Source: Oikopleura dioica
Lineage: Eukaryota; Animalia; Chordata
Direction: 5' to 3'
Assembly (NCBI GenBank): GCA_907165135.1
Contig: OU015568.1
Location: forward strand, 16,007,208 to 16,071,207
Length of the DNA stretch: 64,000 nt
A program made the translations under genes and the position numbers. Below are positions 60,602-64,000 of the stretch, one piece after another (positions within the stretch are counted from its first letter, which is position 1; each line of letters opens with the position of its first letter). The notes below the pieces were generated by a model. It saw only the letters and a program-made list of their open reading frames with translations, did no database searches and was not told where the DNA came from.

Positions 60602-60981
60602 TTTAAGGAATCAATGAAATTGTCAAACAAACGCTTTGTCACATTTTGATACGCATGTTTAATAGTAGGGATAGTTCTTATTGTCAGTTTCCACAATCAG
60701 AGTTGGCCACTCTCTGTTGACTCTCTGTCTCTCATCACGCTTTTTGCCATCATTTCGCTTAGCATGACATGAGAAAAGTATTTGCTAATGATGAAAACCG
60801 ATGGATAAAAACAATTATCTTGATAGAACGGAAGCTTCTTTAGGAAGAATCCATTGATGATAACTGAAGTGACTCCCATGGATCCAGAAGATCACAGTCG
60901 TCAGAACAAGACCTATCTTAGTGGAGCCGGTTTATCACAGTAAAATAAAAATGAAAGACAAAAAAGAAATAGTTGATATCA

Positions 60982-61155
60982 TAACCCTAACCCATTGGTA
61001 GTAGGTTTTCATTCGAGCTGCCCTTAACCCTAAACCTAACCAAGGGGGTTACGCCCCCGGGATCCCCCACCTAAGGCCTAAGGCAGGGGGCTTCGCCCCC
61101 CGGAACCCCCGTTAAGAGTTCCAACTTGGAACTTCCAAGTCCCTAACCCTAACCA
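60982..61155. repeat. Interstitial element with telomere-like CCCTAA units and GC hairpins
   Basis: aaccctaaccc, cttaaccctaaacctaacc and ccctaaccctaacc flank GGGGG-ttacg-CCCCC, GGGGG-cttcg-CCCCC and agttccaa-c-ttggaact. Confidence 0.6.
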
Positions 61156-63202
61156 CTAGCCCAGATTCTAGAGATTTTGGATGGCTCGAATCATAGGCTC
61201 GAATGACAACCCCTCTCTACGGTCGATATTTGTGATGGATCGAGTTCAAGTCAAGCGAGGGCATGTTCAATGCACTACCCGTCCATATGCTGCCTATAAG
61301 AGGATAAGCATACAGTGACAAAGTCTACCTATCTCTTTCGGCAAAATAGAGAGATATTCTCCCCTAAAGCATGTCATCGACCCGCAAAGGGCAATAACCG
61401 GAGTTTTCATTGATAAACGCGCCGTTTTGTTAGAAATCGTCTCCCATGAAACGCTTATTGCAATTTTCAGTTTTGTCTTTTTTTGTTCAGCTGCAGACAC
61501 TTTCAACTTGCCCTTTTTGGAATTCTGGGAGAATGGAAAGCAATAAATCTGAGTGATTTCAAATAGCAAAAGTTATCGTTTTAACGTTGTCGTTGAGCAA
61601 GCCAAGAAAGACTTCCATATGACATATTTGCCAGCTGCTTTCAGTTATGCACTTCAAAATGACTAGCGAATCTACTTCCCATATTCCATAGAAAAATGAG
61701 AAAACAACGAAAAATTCAATTAACAAAGTGTTTTCTCGCTGTTTTTCATCAATAAATTTCTCCACGAAAATACGGTACTTGTCCGGGCGAAAAAATAAGC
61801 GCCTTTTATGATGGGAAAAAAGCGATATTCAAGGGAAACCGGAACCACTCCTTCCCGCCTGGAATTTGCCTTTTTATTCACATAAATGTACCTCGGACTG
61901 ATTCTTCTGTTGGACTTCAGTATCATCTGTGTGGCTCTTTCTTGACATTCATCCCTCTGCTATTCTCGACCTGTTTATCAAATGTTCTGAGTTGAAGTAC
62001 TTTCAGATTCTCTCGTCCTGAAAAATCTTGTTTAAACTCAGCGACCAGGAGCGAAAGTGAAAAAAAAAGAGTAAAAACGCGTTTCATCAAGACTAGAGCT
62101 CTCTTTGATGTGGCGCTCTAGGGCGGCGCTAGTAATTGTAATACAATTCATACTGATGCTCAAAAATCTGGTCAAGTTCTGGTCGATACTGATAATGGCT
62201 CCTCCAGGTTGTATAAAAACCACACGGATTCGAAATAACTTTTTAAGGAGAGCGTACTTCTCTGTTTTACCGGATTACCTTCAAATGTCAGAACGAGCTT
62301 CGCAGTCCCTCGTTCCTAAAAATCACTGTTGACATGTCCTTGAGCTCAAGCTCTGAGCATTCGCGCAGGTGGATGTGGCTGACATCTGAGTAGTTTATGG
62401 CGATCAGCTGGCGAAGGCGATGTCAATTTTGAGCAAGAGTCAATATGCATCTCTTGTTCCGGCTGTATACCGTTCCGTGGCGCCGGATGCATGACAAGTT
62501 TACTGCTTTATTTCTCAATCTCTCTTAACTAACCAACTCTCCAAGAACTATATGGCCAGTTTTGATGAATCATCAAGTACGAGTTTCTCGATCTCGAAGA
62601 TCAAAGAAAGTGATTGTTGAGTGGACGGCTAATGATTTAAACGATTGCAATTAAAATCTTGAATTTCAATTTTTATCCACTCATCGAGTTATTAGACAAC
62701 CAGAGTCCATTTCCTACGACTTTGACGTCAACAAGTTTTCGCCTCTAATAAGACACTGATTTCCCCCTGGAGCCGGAAATAGCAGAATTCAGATCAGAAA
62801 TAGAATTTGAAATATGGATCCCAGACACTAATGATTCGTTAATTTTCCTCTGCGATCAAGTAAATATTATGGCACTGAGCGCGCTTAATTCATATTTTTG
62901 CACCTGCTTCGGTGGTAATAATTGCTTCAGCGGTTAATGCCAAGCTGAGAAGCATAAAACTATCCTAATTACTCTTCCTTTGCCGACCCTGAGCCCGGTT
63001 TCCTGACAAAATGAGTCCAGTTCTACAAACTAAATTTATTGATTTTGAACAGATATCGGTATTTTGCTTTTGAACTACAGGAAGATGAAGAAATGTACAG
63101 ACGATCGCTCTACTGGCAGATTGTTGGCCAAAGCGCGGCCCGCGGTGGTGGCGTGCGTGATCAAATGCGCTGATCACGACTTTTTCATCATAAAAAGGCT
63201 GA

Positions 63203-64000
63203 TTATTGCTGGCCAAGGTTGCTGAAGAGGTCAGAACGGGCCGAGCTTTCGCGAGTTTTGAGCTGAAATACGAGTTATTTACCCCTTTCTCTGAGAAGGT
63301 TATTTACCTTATCAAAGGACTCAATTTTGTTGACAATTGAGTCGATTCTTGAAGCAATTTTAGAAACATGATGCTCGAGTCGATCGACACGACGGGAGAG
63401 AATCGTGAATTCATCGTTGGAGACAAACATCTAACGATTTTTAATAATATGCTTTCAGTTGTCAATTACCTTGTTAAGTTTTTCAAGCATCAGCTCGTTG
63501 GCAAGTGGATTCGAATCGGATGCGAATCCATGATTTTCTGGCTGGTGCATGTCGAAGCCAAGAGCTTCTCCAACTTCTTGTCGATCCTTGTTTCCGGGTT
63601 CAAAGGAGCGTTCAAAGAGCGAGAGTAATCTCAAGTGATCCACTTTTTGAACCGCGATCCTTAACATCATCGATCTCGTCGTTGATCTCCGCTGTCTGCT
63701 TGAGTAGGTCAGCGCGGAGCCTGTTTCGTTCCTCTTTGTTAAGAACCATGTCCCCATCTTTGTCATATTTGGCAAAGACTGCTTCAATCTCAGCGTCGGG
63801 CACGCCCCGAAGTTTAAGGTCAGAGCGCCACTCATCCCAGTCGACTTGATCATCATTGTTCGTGTCAGCTGAGTCCAGGGCATCTTGAATGTCCTTTTTT
63901 GAATGTTAAAAAAATGATGGATCAGTTTTATTAATTCATTTTTAAAACACGGGCCTTGAGTCGGTCTTTGCGAAGTTTGAGTTTTGTGAGCATGCCATTG
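63203..64000 (-). CDS. PKD2: Polycystin-2 family channel, C-terminal cytoplasmic region (partial; 5' part outside the window)
   Basis: LTKLKLRK, GVPDAEIEAVFAKYDKDGDMVL (EF-hand) and FVSNDEFTILSRRVDRLEHHVSKIASRIDSIVNKIE (PKD2 coiled coil). PKD2 versus PKD2L1 not resolved. Confidence 0.88.

Noticed and set aside
61294-62960. Fragmentary coding-like frames between Wnt and PKD2 (possible decayed gene or transposon)
   Set aside because: Frames are interrupted, no motif recognised, no terminal repeats found.

Overview
Very compact animal genome: most introns are about 35-70 nt, genes are 36-270 bp apart, and a 3'-splice-site-like AG sits 1-4 nt before many start codons. This looks like the appendicularian tunicate Oikopleura (inference from architecture, not a database match). 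Positions 566-27626 are one run of 13 minus-strand genes, in transcription order TTLL12, ALG13, clathrin heavy chain, MRPL24, POMP, CLASP, HYLS1, an orphan, PPP1R2, CDK12/13, two ALKBH1-like paralogs and NMT. An LTR retroelement sits in the NMT intron at the left edge. Then come CHD1 (+), NUDT16 (-), a multi-LOTUS/Tudor TDRD5-like gene (+), a small EGF-domain gene (-), Tbx2/3 (+) inside about 10 kb of Ets/GGCGCC-rich non-coding DNA, a GST (-), a CENP-B/pogo-like protein with about 8 tandem HTH units and no transposase domain (+), two orphan coiled-coil paralogs (+), a very divergent Wnt (-) and the 3' end of PKD2 (-). A non-autonomous DNA-transposon family (CTGGG...CCCAG ends, 8-bp TSD) occurs several times. 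Best leads: (1) the tandem-HTH CENP-B-like protein with a CtBP-type motif; (2) a Wnt lacking all index-finger cysteines; (3) a MITE apparently inserted in coding sequence that could be spliced out as a new intron; (4) HYLS1 with Gly at the position of the human D211G disease allele. All gene models and homologies were made by eye; human reference sequences are quoted from memory and no searches were run.
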